Assembly (NCBI GenBank): GCA_963803975.1
Contig: CAWDOY010000054.1
Location: forward strand, 127,607 to 191,606
Source of the DNA: an uncultured delta proteobacterium
Lineage (GTDB): Bacteria; Desulfobacterota; WTBG01; CAIYCZ01
Direction of reading: 5' to 3'
Length of the DNA stretch: 64,000 bases
Position 1 is the first letter of the stretch, and each line of letters opens with the position of its first letter. Below, piece by piece: positions 54,415 to 63,376 of the stretch. The translations under genes were made by a program, and so were the position numbers. Below the pieces are notes generated by a model. That model searched no databases. It worked only from the letters and a program-made list of their open reading frames with translations, and had not been told where the DNA came from.

Positions 54415-55314
54415 ATGACTGAAACGAGTAAACTGAAACAGGCCTTTGCATCAGGAAAGTTTGTGGTATCAGGTGAGGTCGGGCCTCCCAAGGGCACCAA
54501 TATTGACGAGATGCTGCAGCACATTGACCTGCTGAAAGACAAGGTTGACGCGCTCAATGTCACCGACAACCAGAGTTCAGTGATGCGCATCTCATCGCTT
54601 GCCGTGTGCAAGCTCATCAAGGAGCACGGCGGCGAACCCATCCTGCAGCTGACCTGCAGGGACCGGAACCGGCTGGCGCTGCAGTCAGAGCTGCTCAGCG
54701 CAAGCATTCTGGGCGTTAACAATGTGCTGTGCCTGACCGGTGATTACATTACCATCGGCGACCATGCCGAGGCCAAGCCGGTGTTTGACCTTGATTCGGT
54801 CCAGCTGATCCAAGCGCTGCGGCAGATGGAAAAGGGAAAAGACCTGGCTGGCAATGACCTGCAGGGATCGCCGCAGTTTTTCGCGGGTGCGGTGGTGACG
54901 CCGGAGGCAGACCCCATTGAGCCGCAGCTGCTCAAGTTTGAAAAAAAGGTGAAGGTCGGGGCCGAGTTTTTTCAGACCCAGGCCATCTATGATATAGGGA
55001 ATTTCAAAAAGTTCATGCAGTACGCACGGCAGTTCAAGGTGAAGATCATGGCGGGTATTGTGCTGCTCACGTCAGCGGGAATGGCCCGGTATATGAATGA
55101 GAACGTACCGGGGATTTTTGTGCCGCAGGAGCTGATTGATGAGATGGCCGGCGCAGGAAAAGGAAAGGCCCTGGAAAAGGGTATTGAAATTGCCGGCCGC
55201 ATGATTAAGCAGCTGAAACAGGAAAACATCTGTGACGGCGTGCACATCATGGCCATCGGCAAGGAAGCGGTTATCCCGGACATCCTCTCGGCAGCGGGGC
55301 TGAACGGCGCATAA
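54415..55314 (+). CDS. metF: Methylene-THF reductase MetF, copy 2
   Basis: FVVSGEVGPPKG, NVTDNQ, CRDRNRLALQ, CLTGD, GAEFFQTQ, GVHIMA. Confidence 0.92.
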   Translation: MTETSKLKQAFASGKFVVSGEVGPPKGTNIDEMLQHIDLLKDKVDALNVTDNQSSVMRISSLAVCKLIKEHGGEPILQLTCRDRNRLALQSELLSASILGVNNVLCLTGDYITIGDHAEAKPVFDLDSVQLIQALRQMEKGKDLAGNDLQGSPQFFAGAVVTPEADPIEPQLLKFEKKVKVGAEFFQTQAIYDIGNFKKFMQYARQFKVKIMAGIVLLTSAGMARYMNENVPGIFVPQELIDEMAGAGKGKALEKGIEIAGRMIKQLKQENICDGVHIMAIGKEAVIPDILSAAGLNGA

Positions 55315-55324
55315 GGGGGACGCG

Positions 55325-55377
55325 GTTCGACTGAGCCACTCGGCCTTGAGCTCGTGGCCGAAAGGCTCGCCGAAGTC
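55325..55377. repeat. REP-like palindromic element after metF2
   Basis: ggttcgactgagcc actcggcc ttgagctcgt ggccgaa aggctcgccgaagtc; nested hairpin. Confidence 0.45.
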
Positions 55378-55698
55378 AGATTTTCAGGATATTCGCAGAA
55401 AACTATTAGCTCTGATTTTTAATCCAGTAACACACAACAAGCAAAGAAGCCATCACTGGTGATATCGTGATGGCTTTTCTGTTATTGTTTTCTCTTTTCA
55501 CCTTCCACTTTCCACTTTTCATTTCAGTTTTTCTTTGTGCCTGCTGCCTATGGGTCTTCTTAATAATTTCTTGACTCTCCTTTCCCTCAGATATATATGC
55601 TGTGCTTATATAATTCATAGGTGTGCTGCTTATTAATAAAGCAAGCGTGGCTTTATTTCAGCATCTTCCTATAAGACAATTTGAATGTTATGGAAAAT

Positions 55699-57075
55699 CA
55701 GATTTGTCCAAAAACGGATTTAAATTGAAAAAGTCCTCCCAATAGGGCACGGTAGTTTTGACAAGACAAACCAAACCCACAAAGGAGGACCGACTATATG
55801 ATAAGACATGCCAGCTTGTTTAGTCAACTGATTGCTTTGTTTAATCGTCATCAGTTTTATAGCCTGGTGGCTCAGCATAAAGCCGAACGGTATGCAAAAG
55901 AATTTAATTCTTGGGATCAGTTTGTTGCCATGCTGTTCTGTCAACTTGCTCAAGCAAAAAGTATCAGAGAAATATGCGGCGGCCTTGCCTGTTGTATAGG
56001 TAAACTGCGTCATTTGGGAATGCAGACAGCCCCTAAAAAGTCGACCCTTTCCTATGCCAACGCCCAACGACCGTGGCAGATGTATAAGGACTTGTTCTAT
56101 CAAACCCTTGCTACCTGCAAAACAGCCGCCCCCGGTAAGCACAAATTCAGATTCAACAACAGACTGCTCTCCCTTGACAGTAGCACCATATCATTATGCT
56201 TGACGCTGTTTCCATGGGCAAAATTTCGCCGGACAAAAGGCGCCGTTAAACTGCATCTGTTGCTTGACCATGACGGCTATCTGCCCACCTATGCCTATAT
56301 CTCCAATGGCAAAAAACATGATGTTACCGTTGCCCGTACCGTGCCCCTTGCCGCAGGGTCTATTGTGGCCATGGACCGGGGATACAATGATTATAAACTG
56401 TTTGCCTCCTGGACAGCACAAGGCATTTTCTTTGTTACACGGCTCAAAGACAATGCTGATTATGCGGTTGTTTCATCCAATGCTGTTCCCCAAAACCGGA
56501 ACATACTATCGGATCAACTTATCCATTTCACTGGATTCTATGCCCAAAAGGACTGCCCCCACATCCTTCGCAGAGTTGTCGCCTGGGACGAAGAAAAACA
56601 GCAGGCAATCGTTCTGCTTACCAATCACCTTGCGTTTGGTTCAACGACGATCTCAGCAATTTACAAAGACCGGTGGCAAATTGAACTGTTTTTTAAAGCT
56701 CTGAAACAAAATCTGAAAATAAAAACGTTTGTCGGTACTACGGACAATGCTTTGTATATTCAAATTTGGACAGCACTGATTGCAATACTGCTGATTAAAT
56801 ACCTTCAGTTCAAGTCAAAGTTCGATTGGTCGCTGTCAAATCTGGTAGCCTTTCTCAGGTGGAACCTGTTTACCTATCGCGACTTATGGCAATGGATTGA
56901 CAGTCCGTTTGATGTGTTACCCTGGGAACCTCAATCTGTCCAACTGCAATTGCCTTTGGCCGTTTGTGGACAGCATTAAGTGGATAACCTGAAATGCAAA
57001 ACCATCGTTCTCTCTTATTGTTACTCGGGTTTTGAGGTGTTATGCCTCTTTTAAGGTTTATCTTGGACAGTAATG
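55699..57075 (+). mobile_element. IS4-family insertion sequence
   Basis: Imperfect IRs cagatttgtccaaaaa / tatcttggacagtaatg around the transposase; no flanking direct repeat. Confidence 0.75.
55798..56979 (+). CDS. IS4-family DDE transposase (DUF4372 N-terminus)
   Basis: LDSSTI, KLHLLLD, MDRGY, IYKDRWQIELFFKALKQ (YREK motif). Confidence 0.93.
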   Translation: MIRHASLFSQLIALFNRHQFYSLVAQHKAERYAKEFNSWDQFVAMLFCQLAQAKSIREICGGLACCIGKLRHLGMQTAPKKSTLSYANAQRPWQMYKDLFYQTLATCKTAAPGKHKFRFNNRLLSLDSSTISLCLTLFPWAKFRRTKGAVKLHLLLDHDGYLPTYAYISNGKKHDVTVARTVPLAAGSIVAMDRGYNDYKLFASWTAQGIFFVTRLKDNADYAVVSSNAVPQNRNILSDQLIHFTGFYAQKDCPHILRRVVAWDEEKQQAIVLLTNHLAFGSTTISAIYKDRWQIELFFKALKQNLKIKTFVGTTDNALYIQIWTALIAILLIKYLQFKSKFDWSLSNLVAFLRWNLFTYRDLWQWIDSPFDVLPWEPQSVQLQLPLAVCGQH

Positions 57076-57117
57076 ACTGTCAATAATGTCCTCAAGATAA
57101 AGCCTTTCACGCCTCAT
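57076..57117 (-). pseudogene. 5' stub (14 codons) of a HEPN/DUF86 (HepT) toxin cut by IS4
   Basis: MRRERLYLEDIIDS; ATGA overlap with the MNT stop. Confidence 0.65.
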
Positions 57118-57407
57118 ACGTATACTACCTCTTTAAGAATCATGTCCTTCAGTTGAGGGCGTATTGCGGTTCTTTCAATAAGATCAATTTTCTCTTGCAA
57201 AATCTTCTCAAGATACCCTTCCATCTCGAGGAAGGAGAAAAGATCAGGAAGTTCATAAAAATCAACTACAATGTCTATGTCACTCGTTGGGCTCATTGAA
57301 CCTTTGGCACAGGAACCAAAGACCCCCAGTTCTTTAACATTATACTTTTCCTTCAGCTCTGCCTGGTGTTCTTTAAGCAGTTTTTTAATGTCTTTTAATG
57401 ACTTCAT
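57114..57407 (-). CDS. Minimal nucleotidyltransferase (MNT/MntA antitoxin)
   Basis: LGVFGS.AKG..SDIDIVVDF; KIDL..AIRPQLKDMILKE. Confidence 0.88.
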   Translation of the reverse strand: MKSLKDIKKLLKEHQAELKEKYNVKELGVFGSCAKGSMSPTSDIDIVVDFYELPDLFSFLEMEGYLEKILQEKIDLIERTAIRPQLKDMILKEVVYV

Positions 57408-57895
57408 TCCCGGTCTCCTCAATAATTATTTAGCATATCAAACATATCACTTTTGAAAAAATGCCTCAATGCTTCTTTGCGTTCAATATGATTTTCAAGA
57501 GATCTTTTTTTAATCAAAACAGCGACCGTTTTAAATAATTCTATCCGGTCTTTACCAGGAGAGTTGTGGCGTCGGAAGAGAAAGCGGTGATTAGATATTC
57601 AGTTGCGTAATGAGCAGCAAGCCCCCTCCCTGCTTATAAGCATTGCATATATAGCTGAAAGGAAAGAGAGTCAAGAACTAAGTAGGCAACAGGCAGGAAG
57701 GCAAGAGGCATAAGCATAAGGCCCCTCGACCCTGCTCGGGACAGGCACAGAAATAAACAGTCACAGAGGCATGAAAAAATGCTGAGTGCGGGGTTCGGAG
57801 GCGAGTGCTGAGTGAATTTATAGCAGAGCATTCTGCTTCCTTGCTATATGCAACCGTTGGTGCTATTGTTAAAACTATTATAGGAGGTAACGCCA

Positions 57896-58177
57896 ATGCC
57901 TAAAATTCCAAATATTGTTCCAATTACCGATCTCCGCCAGGATGCAACAGCAATCGTAAAACGTGTGGCTAAATCGCGGGAGCCTCTCATTATTACACAG
58001 AGGGGCCGGGCTACCGCTGTGATGGTCAGCATAAAGGACTATGAACATTCCCAGCATGAACTTGAGCTTTTGCGGCTCCTTGCCCGCGGAGAGAGGGAAA
58101 TCGAAGCGGGCAAAGGCTATGACCTTGACGCGGTTCTCGCGGAGGCCGACATCTTATTACAAGAGCTGCAACGGTGA
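57896..58177 (+). CDS. Phd/YefM-family antitoxin
   Basis: IVPITDLRQ..EPLIITQRGRATAVMVS..YE; AGGAGG RBS. Confidence 0.88.
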   Translation: MPKIPNIVPITDLRQDATAIVKRVAKSREPLIITQRGRATAVMVSIKDYEHSQHELELLRLLARGEREIEAGKGYDLDAVLAEADILLQELQR

Positions 58178-58479
58178 AAGTCCGTTTTACTCCCTCTGCC
58201 CGCACCCAGTTCCTTGCTGCCATCGCTTATATATATCGCGAGAATCCAGTGGCAGCGATTGCCTTCCGGCGCAAGGCAGAAAAGGTACTGTCGAGACTCC
58301 GGAAGTTTCCCACATCCGGCAGGACATTGCCGGAATTTCCAGACCTTCCCTTTCGAGAGGTTATCATCGCCCCATATCGGTTTTTCTACCGCGCAAAGGG
58401 GAAAGTTGTGTGGATTGTGGCTGTATGGCATAGTGCCCAGCTTCCGAAAGATCCGAATGAAACCGAAGGCACCTCATAA
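58174..58479 (+). CDS. RelE/ParE-family toxin
   Basis: KVRFTPSA..YI..NPVAA..L.KFPTSGR..PE..REVIIAPYRFFY..VWH. Confidence 0.85.
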   Translation: MKVRFTPSARTQFLAAIAYIYRENPVAAIAFRRKAEKVLSRLRKFPTSGRTLPEFPDLPFREVIIAPYRFFYRAKGKVVWIVAVWHSAQLPKDPNETEGTS

Positions 58480-58496
58480 AATTCATTATAGATGCA

Positions 58497-58539
58497 AAGG
58501 AGCCATCACCGCATAAGCGAGGATGGCTCCTTTTATTTT
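58497..58539 (+). terminator. Intrinsic terminator after the RelE gene
   Basis: aaggagccatc ... gatggctcctt followed by ttatttt. Confidence 0.7.
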
Positions 58540-58560
58540 GTGCGCCAGGCATGGCGCGTG
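58540..58560 (+). other. Probable 5' remnant of a group IIC intron
   Basis: GTGCGCCAGGCATGGCGCG starts immediately after the terminator T run. Confidence 0.5.
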
Positions 58561-58677
58561 GTGCGTAAGCGCCATCCGATCAGCTGTGGTGGCCAGTCTT
58601 CCCTGAGATCATCCAAATTAGAAAACGGGGGCAGATTTTACATGAAGACCGCATTGTCTTTTAGATAGCAAGTAATA

Positions 58678-58986
58678 TTAGCGGCGGGCAACTATCCGCT
58701 CACTTGAGCGGCCTGTCGAATGCTTTTTAGGATTTGATTTCAACGGATATTTTTCAGGAGATTCGATGTTGTCAATTTCCAAATCAATATCCAATTCGGG
58801 CCAGTACAAATGATATCCATGGAGTAATTGGACATTGTGTATTGCACGTATTGTTTGATCCTTGAAGTACGGGAAGGCTTTATAACTGAGAAAGTATTCC
58901 CGTTCTTTTACAAAAATCCATATCCCCAAAGGGGTTATATTTTCAACGCTTGCTGAAATGTTCGTGCCACGCTTTGATAATTTCAT
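58678..58986 (-). CDS. DUF2442 protein
   Basis: SVENITPLGIWI..EYFLSY..FPYF..HLYWPELDIDL..PEKYPL. Confidence 0.8.
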   Translation of the reverse strand: MKLSKRGTNISASVENITPLGIWIFVKEREYFLSYKAFPYFKDQTIRAIHNVQLLHGYHLYWPELDIDLEIDNIESPEKYPLKSNPKKHSTGRSSERIVARR

Positions 58987-59185
58987 TTTTGTGTTCCTCG
59001 ACGATTTTTTGAATCTCATGTAGCCTTCTTTGATTCAATCCATGATATACTGCCAAGGCTAACAGAGGCTCAAGCCAGAACTTAGCTTCGCCATCTGCGC
59101 ATGTTATATGCACATGAATTCTCTCCTCTTCATTAGATAAGAAATAAAATCTATATCCCTTTATTCTGAGTATTGTTGGGCTCAT
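58943..59185 (-). CDS. DUF4160 protein
   Basis: MSPTILRIKGYRFYFLSNEE..HVH..EAKFWLEP..AWHEHF. Confidence 0.82.
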   Translation of the reverse strand: MSPTILRIKGYRFYFLSNEEERIHVHITCADGEAKFWLEPLLALAVYHGLNQRRLHEIQKIVEEHKNEIIKAWHEHFSKR

Positions 59186-59409
59186 TTAACCTATTTAAAA
59201 CACTTCGTTACTTTTTGCAATTAATAACTTTGAAAAGTCAGGTTTGGGAGAGATAGGGGTCCCAATGGTGATGGCTTTTTAATTAGAGGTTGCGGTTACC
59301 CCCCAATTTTTAACCGTCAGTTATTATTGCGCGGATGCCTTATTATAGTGTATAAAGGCTCTGTGTATAAAAATTAACTGCATATATAACTATAGAGGGA
59401 GGTCTGTGT

Positions 59410-60024
59410 ATGAAAGTCATGGCCATCGTGGGCAGCCCGCGCAGGGGCGGCAATACAGAACTGCTCGTTGACCGGGTCATTGAAGGCTGCAGGAGCAGGG
59501 GCAACGCTGAGATTGAAAAGGTGTTTATAGCTGACCGGAACATTCAGTACTGCAGCGGCTGCCTGACCTGTACCTTCCCGCCGCCGGGCACCGGGAAATG
59601 CGTGCTCCGGGATGACATGGATATTCTTATTGAGCAGGTCAGGGAAAGCGATGCGTTTATCTTCGGCACGCCCAACCACATGCGCACGGTGAGTGCGCCG
59701 CTGCTCAACTTCCTGGCCCGGATGCTGCCGCTGTTGCGCTATGAGATTGAATATGATGTTGCGGGGAACATGATCGGCGCCACCGGCGTATCAAAAATCC
59801 AGGACAAGAAGGCGGCCATGGTCATAAGCCAGGGCGACCCGTTTTTTTCGTCCCCGCTGGTGCACATGGTCCTGGAGCGGAACTTAAGGGACTTCAAGCT
59901 GAAGCTGGTGGGCGACGTTATCAGCCTGGGGAACCTGCAGAAGCAGGATGTCGCGGGAAGAGCAGAAGATTTAAAGGCAGCTTTTGAGCTCGGGGTGAAG
60001 ATGGTAACGTGGAGCGGGTTTTAA
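59410..60024 (+). CDS. Iron-sulfur flavoprotein / NADPH-FMN reductase (flavodoxin fold)
   Basis: IVGSPRRGGNT; CSGCLTC..C..DDM; FGTP. Confidence 0.85.
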   Translation: MKVMAIVGSPRRGGNTELLVDRVIEGCRSRGNAEIEKVFIADRNIQYCSGCLTCTFPPPGTGKCVLRDDMDILIEQVRESDAFIFGTPNHMRTVSAPLLNFLARMLPLLRYEIEYDVAGNMIGATGVSKIQDKKAAMVISQGDPFFSSPLVHMVLERNLRDFKLKLVGDVISLGNLQKQDVAGRAEDLKAAFELGVKMVTWSGF

Positions 60025-60083
60025 CGCCTGCGCCTGTTATGCGCGGGCGGATAGAGAAAAAAACACTGCCCGCTATCCTTTAC

Positions 60084-60113
60084 TTGACATCCGCAGGTAT
60101 TTTTTTCTATAGT
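60084..60113 (+). promoter_or_regulatory. Sigma70-like promoter
   Basis: TTGACA-18 nt-TATAGT upstream of GGAGG RBS and ATG 60155. Confidence 0.55.
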
Positions 60114-60154
60114 TGCACCAGTTGGAATAATGTTAAAAAACCAGGGGAGGAATT

Positions 60155-61051
60155 ATGAAAAAGTTTTTTAAAGTTGTTGGTATCATTCTATTACTTATTA
60201 TTGTTGTAGCGGGGATATTTATCGCAACCTATCAGCCAAAACAGTATTCAGACTTCGGTGTGTACGCAAACCTGCGCAGTTTCACTATTTCACTGATGCA
60301 GGAGTACAAAATGACCGAGCGGCCCATAACCGGGGAATTCAAGGATTTTACCCTGGAGCTGGCGTTTCCCTACAGCAAGCTTTTTGGCGGCAGTTACCTG
60401 GGCATCCCGCTGGCGTCTTATGAGAGCGACCGCATAACAGCAGCCACCATAAGCCAGTTTGAAGTCCCCCCGAAGTCAGGCTACTGCCGGGACTTTACCT
60501 TTAACCTGCGGCCGCGCTTTGAATTCAAGGCGCCCATTATGCACATTGATTTCATGAAGCCGTCGCCGGGACTGCCCGGCCTCTGCAGCATGGACTTTTT
60601 TGACGTGGATCCGGAGAACATCAATCTTGAGGCCTTCTTTGGCCAGGACCTGGATGGCGTGAAAAGGGCGATGGAACTGGTCGAAAAATATCAGCGCACG
60701 GCCGAGCAGGGCCGGGGCAAAATCACCAAGTATCTCGATTCCTGGAAAACCAAATACCGCATGGAACTGCAGGAGCCGGTAACCGAGGATGAAGCCGTGC
60801 GGAAGAAGTATTATGAAACAGTGGGTGAAGCATTTAAATTATCGCTGACAGCGTATATGAAGAGCCTGTACCGGCTCCAGCCTGATCCCGGCTACGCAAA
60901 GCGGCATGAAGAAAAGACTCGGGCTTTTGTCCAGGCGCTCTATGACAAGGATTTCGCAGTCAACATGGGGAAGAAGATATTCAAAGACAAATTAAAGAAA
61001 TACTGGATAGACGGGTTCTGGACCGTAGAGATAGATATGAAAGAAAAATAA
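60155..61051 (+). CDS. Hypothetical membrane-anchored protein
   Basis: N-terminal TM; promoter, RBS and terminator present. Confidence 0.7.
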   Translation: MKKFFKVVGIILLLIIVVAGIFIATYQPKQYSDFGVYANLRSFTISLMQEYKMTERPITGEFKDFTLELAFPYSKLFGGSYLGIPLASYESDRITAATISQFEVPPKSGYCRDFTFNLRPRFEFKAPIMHIDFMKPSPGLPGLCSMDFFDVDPENINLEAFFGQDLDGVKRAMELVEKYQRTAEQGRGKITKYLDSWKTKYRMELQEPVTEDEAVRKKYYETVGEAFKLSLTAYMKSLYRLQPDPGYAKRHEEKTRAFVQALYDKDFAVNMGKKIFKDKLKKYWIDGFWTVEIDMKEK

Positions 61052-61082
61052 CACGGTACGCTTACGATAATCATACAATACC

Positions 61083-61124
61083 GGGGCCGGTTTCTGCTGC
61101 ATGAGGACCGGCCCCTTTTATTTT
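61083..61124 (+). terminator. Intrinsic terminator
   Basis: ggggccggt ... accggcccc followed by ttttatttt. Confidence 0.65.
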
Positions 61125-61255
61125 GCCCGACAAAAAAACAATTGAACCTTCTCCGGAAATCATTTTTAATACAGGATAAATTTTCGCGGGACATTCCCCG
61201 CGCTTCTTTAAGCAGGGAAGCGAACAACAGCTCAATTAAAGCACGGTATGTAAGG

Positions 61256-63304
61256 ATGCAGAAAAACAGAACAATAACTCCGGATGCTTACCGCGTGCTC
61301 ATCATTGTTTTGTGGGTGGGGATAGCCGGCGTTTTCATAAGAATCTGGGGATTATGGAACTATGCTTTTAATCCTGATGAGGTGATGCTTTCTTTTGTTG
61401 CTGATGCCAATAGCTTCAGTTCCCTGTGGGAGGGAATCAAGGGTCAGACCAATGCGCCCCTGATGTACGTGGTTCTCCACCTGCTCATTATGCTCAGCAA
61501 GAATGAGATGCTGCTGCGATGCATATCCCTTATCCCCGGCGCCGGGCTTATTTTTATCTTTTATCTCCTCGGGAAAAAAGTAAGCGGAACCGTATCCGGC
61601 ATTACCATGGCATTCCTGTGCGCATTTGGCTACGGCGCAGTCCAGATGTCACAGGTAGTACGGCCGTATAGCCTGCTGCTGCTGTTCCTGTCCGGAGCCC
61701 TCTATTTTTTTGTCTCCTGCCTGGAAAAACCGGAGAAAAAATATCTCTTTGGATATTCGCTCTGCATGCTCCTCGCGATAGCAACGCATTACCCTGCGGT
61801 TATGTTTTTTGCTGCTATCGGCTGCGTGTGGCTTCTACGATCGATTATAGAGAAAAAGCCGTCTGCAGAATATCGCAGCCTGATTATGGCGCATCTCCCC
61901 CCGCTTGCTCTGTTCTGCATTTTGTATTTTTTTCATATCTCGTACCATCTCGGCGGTGGCGGCGTATATGGAACAATAAAAGAAACATACCTGGCACCGC
62001 TTTTCCCGCAGACTTTCTCAGGGTTCATGAACAATACACGGGATTTTTTCGGGTATCTTTTTTTACCTCCTTACGCAACCCTGTCTGCGGTTTTATCCCT
62101 GCTGGGGATCATAGCTCTCTGGAACACGTCACGGAGGGTGCTTGCTGCGACGATAGTGCTGACTTTTGCTATTACAATTGTTTTCACCATCATCAAACTG
62201 TTTCCCTTTGGCGGATCACGGCATTCGATATATCTGTTTCCCATGGTCTGCCTGCTGGTGGGTGCCTCAGCCCAGTATGGATTTGATGCGGTGCGGCAAC
62301 AAGCCGAACGGTTCCTCCCGCAACTCACCAGTGGACGGGCCAGGGCCGGAATTGGCTGGGCGCTGGTGCTCATGGTTATGCTGTCTGTCGGCGCAGTAAC
62401 GTTCAAGATGAGACAGTGTGATTTTTTACGGCGGTATAAGGGGCCGGGAGAGTTTTCGGTAACGCGTGCTGATTATGATCGGATCATGGGCTATCTCGTT
62501 AATAAGAGAGAGCCACGCAGTGTTGTACTGACTAATTTGCAGACCTATCATTACCTCGCGTTTTTTAATAGTGATGAAGACCGTAATAAAAAAACTTATG
62601 TAGCATTCGTTTTTTATAAGTTTGCCTGGGAGGGATTGGACAGTTACCTGATATTTGTCTGGAAATTTGACAGCACCAGAATCATCAATGCGGCTTTGCG
62701 GGCATTAAAAGAGCATGCTGATTTGACACGGCTGTCAACTATATATCTGGTAAACATTGGCCGGGGAACAAGCATTGTAGAAACCTATCCCTGTTACAAA
62801 ACGATCATTAATAAGCAGCTTTTGTCAGAGAGCGGGTATGTGTACGCTCTGTCTCCGCAGGCAGTCTTGCGGGAGATTGATGCGGGGCGGTTTCGTAATA
62901 CCGCTGCTGCGACGCCACTGCCGGATAATGCCTTTAAAGCAGACCTGTCAGTTGAGCAGCCGCGCGATCCTTTCAGGGCAGACTCCACCGGAACTCTGCA
63001 CGTGCAGGTAAAGAACAGCAGTTCTTTTTTGTGGCCGGCAGAAGGCCCTGCTGACGGGAGCTACGGGATTTGTCTTGCCCATCATGTTCTTGACGCAAAG
63101 GGAAACAGAATAGCAGTTGACTGCAGCAGAACGCCTCTTCCCTTTGACCTTGGAGCTGGAATGCAGATTGAGATGCAGGTACCTGTTACCCTTCCTGCCC
63201 AGCCCGGGAAGTATTGTGTTGAGTTTGATATGGTGCAGGAAAAGGTTGCGTGGTTTGCGGCAAAGGGTTCCCAGCCGAAAAGAATATATATGCAGGTCAA
63301 GTGA
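61256..63304 (+). CDS. GT-C (PMT/ArnT-like) multi-TM glycosyltransferase with a C-terminal Ig-like domain
   Basis: R..G..FNPDE, PLMY, LRCIS, SQVVRPYSL; C-terminal VKNSS..WP..PGKY..DMVQE..WF. Confidence 0.7.
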   Translation: MQKNRTITPDAYRVLIIVLWVGIAGVFIRIWGLWNYAFNPDEVMLSFVADANSFSSLWEGIKGQTNAPLMYVVLHLLIMLSKNEMLLRCISLIPGAGLIFIFYLLGKKVSGTVSGITMAFLCAFGYGAVQMSQVVRPYSLLLLFLSGALYFFVSCLEKPEKKYLFGYSLCMLLAIATHYPAVMFFAAIGCVWLLRSIIEKKPSAEYRSLIMAHLPPLALFCILYFFHISYHLGGGGVYGTIKETYLAPLFPQTFSGFMNNTRDFFGYLFLPPYATLSAVLSLLGIIALWNTSRRVLAATIVLTFAITIVFTIIKLFPFGGSRHSIYLFPMVCLLVGASAQYGFDAVRQQAERFLPQLTSGRARAGIGWALVLMVMLSVGAVTFKMRQCDFLRRYKGPGEFSVTRADYDRIMGYLVNKREPRSVVLTNLQTYHYLAFFNSDEDRNKKTYVAFVFYKFAWEGLDSYLIFVWKFDSTRIINAALRALKEHADLTRLSTIYLVNIGRGTSIVETYPCYKTIINKQLLSESGYVYALSPQAVLREIDAGRFRNTAAATPLPDNAFKADLSVEQPRDPFRADSTGTLHVQVKNSSSFLWPAEGPADGSYGICLAHHVLDAKGNRIAVDCSRTPLPFDLGAGMQIEMQVPVTLPAQPGKYCVEFDMVQEKVAWFAAKGSQPKRIYMQVK

Positions 63305-63376
63305 TATGCGCAAACACTGCAGCAGGCTAAAGATAATAATTAAAAAACGCATGATTCCCATAGGGCTCTTACAATA

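Noticed and set aside
57076..59300. Integron cassette array
   Set aside because: No intI, mixed gene orientations, and no convincing RYYYAAC..GTTRRRY attC sites (only a weak resemblance near 58680-58730)
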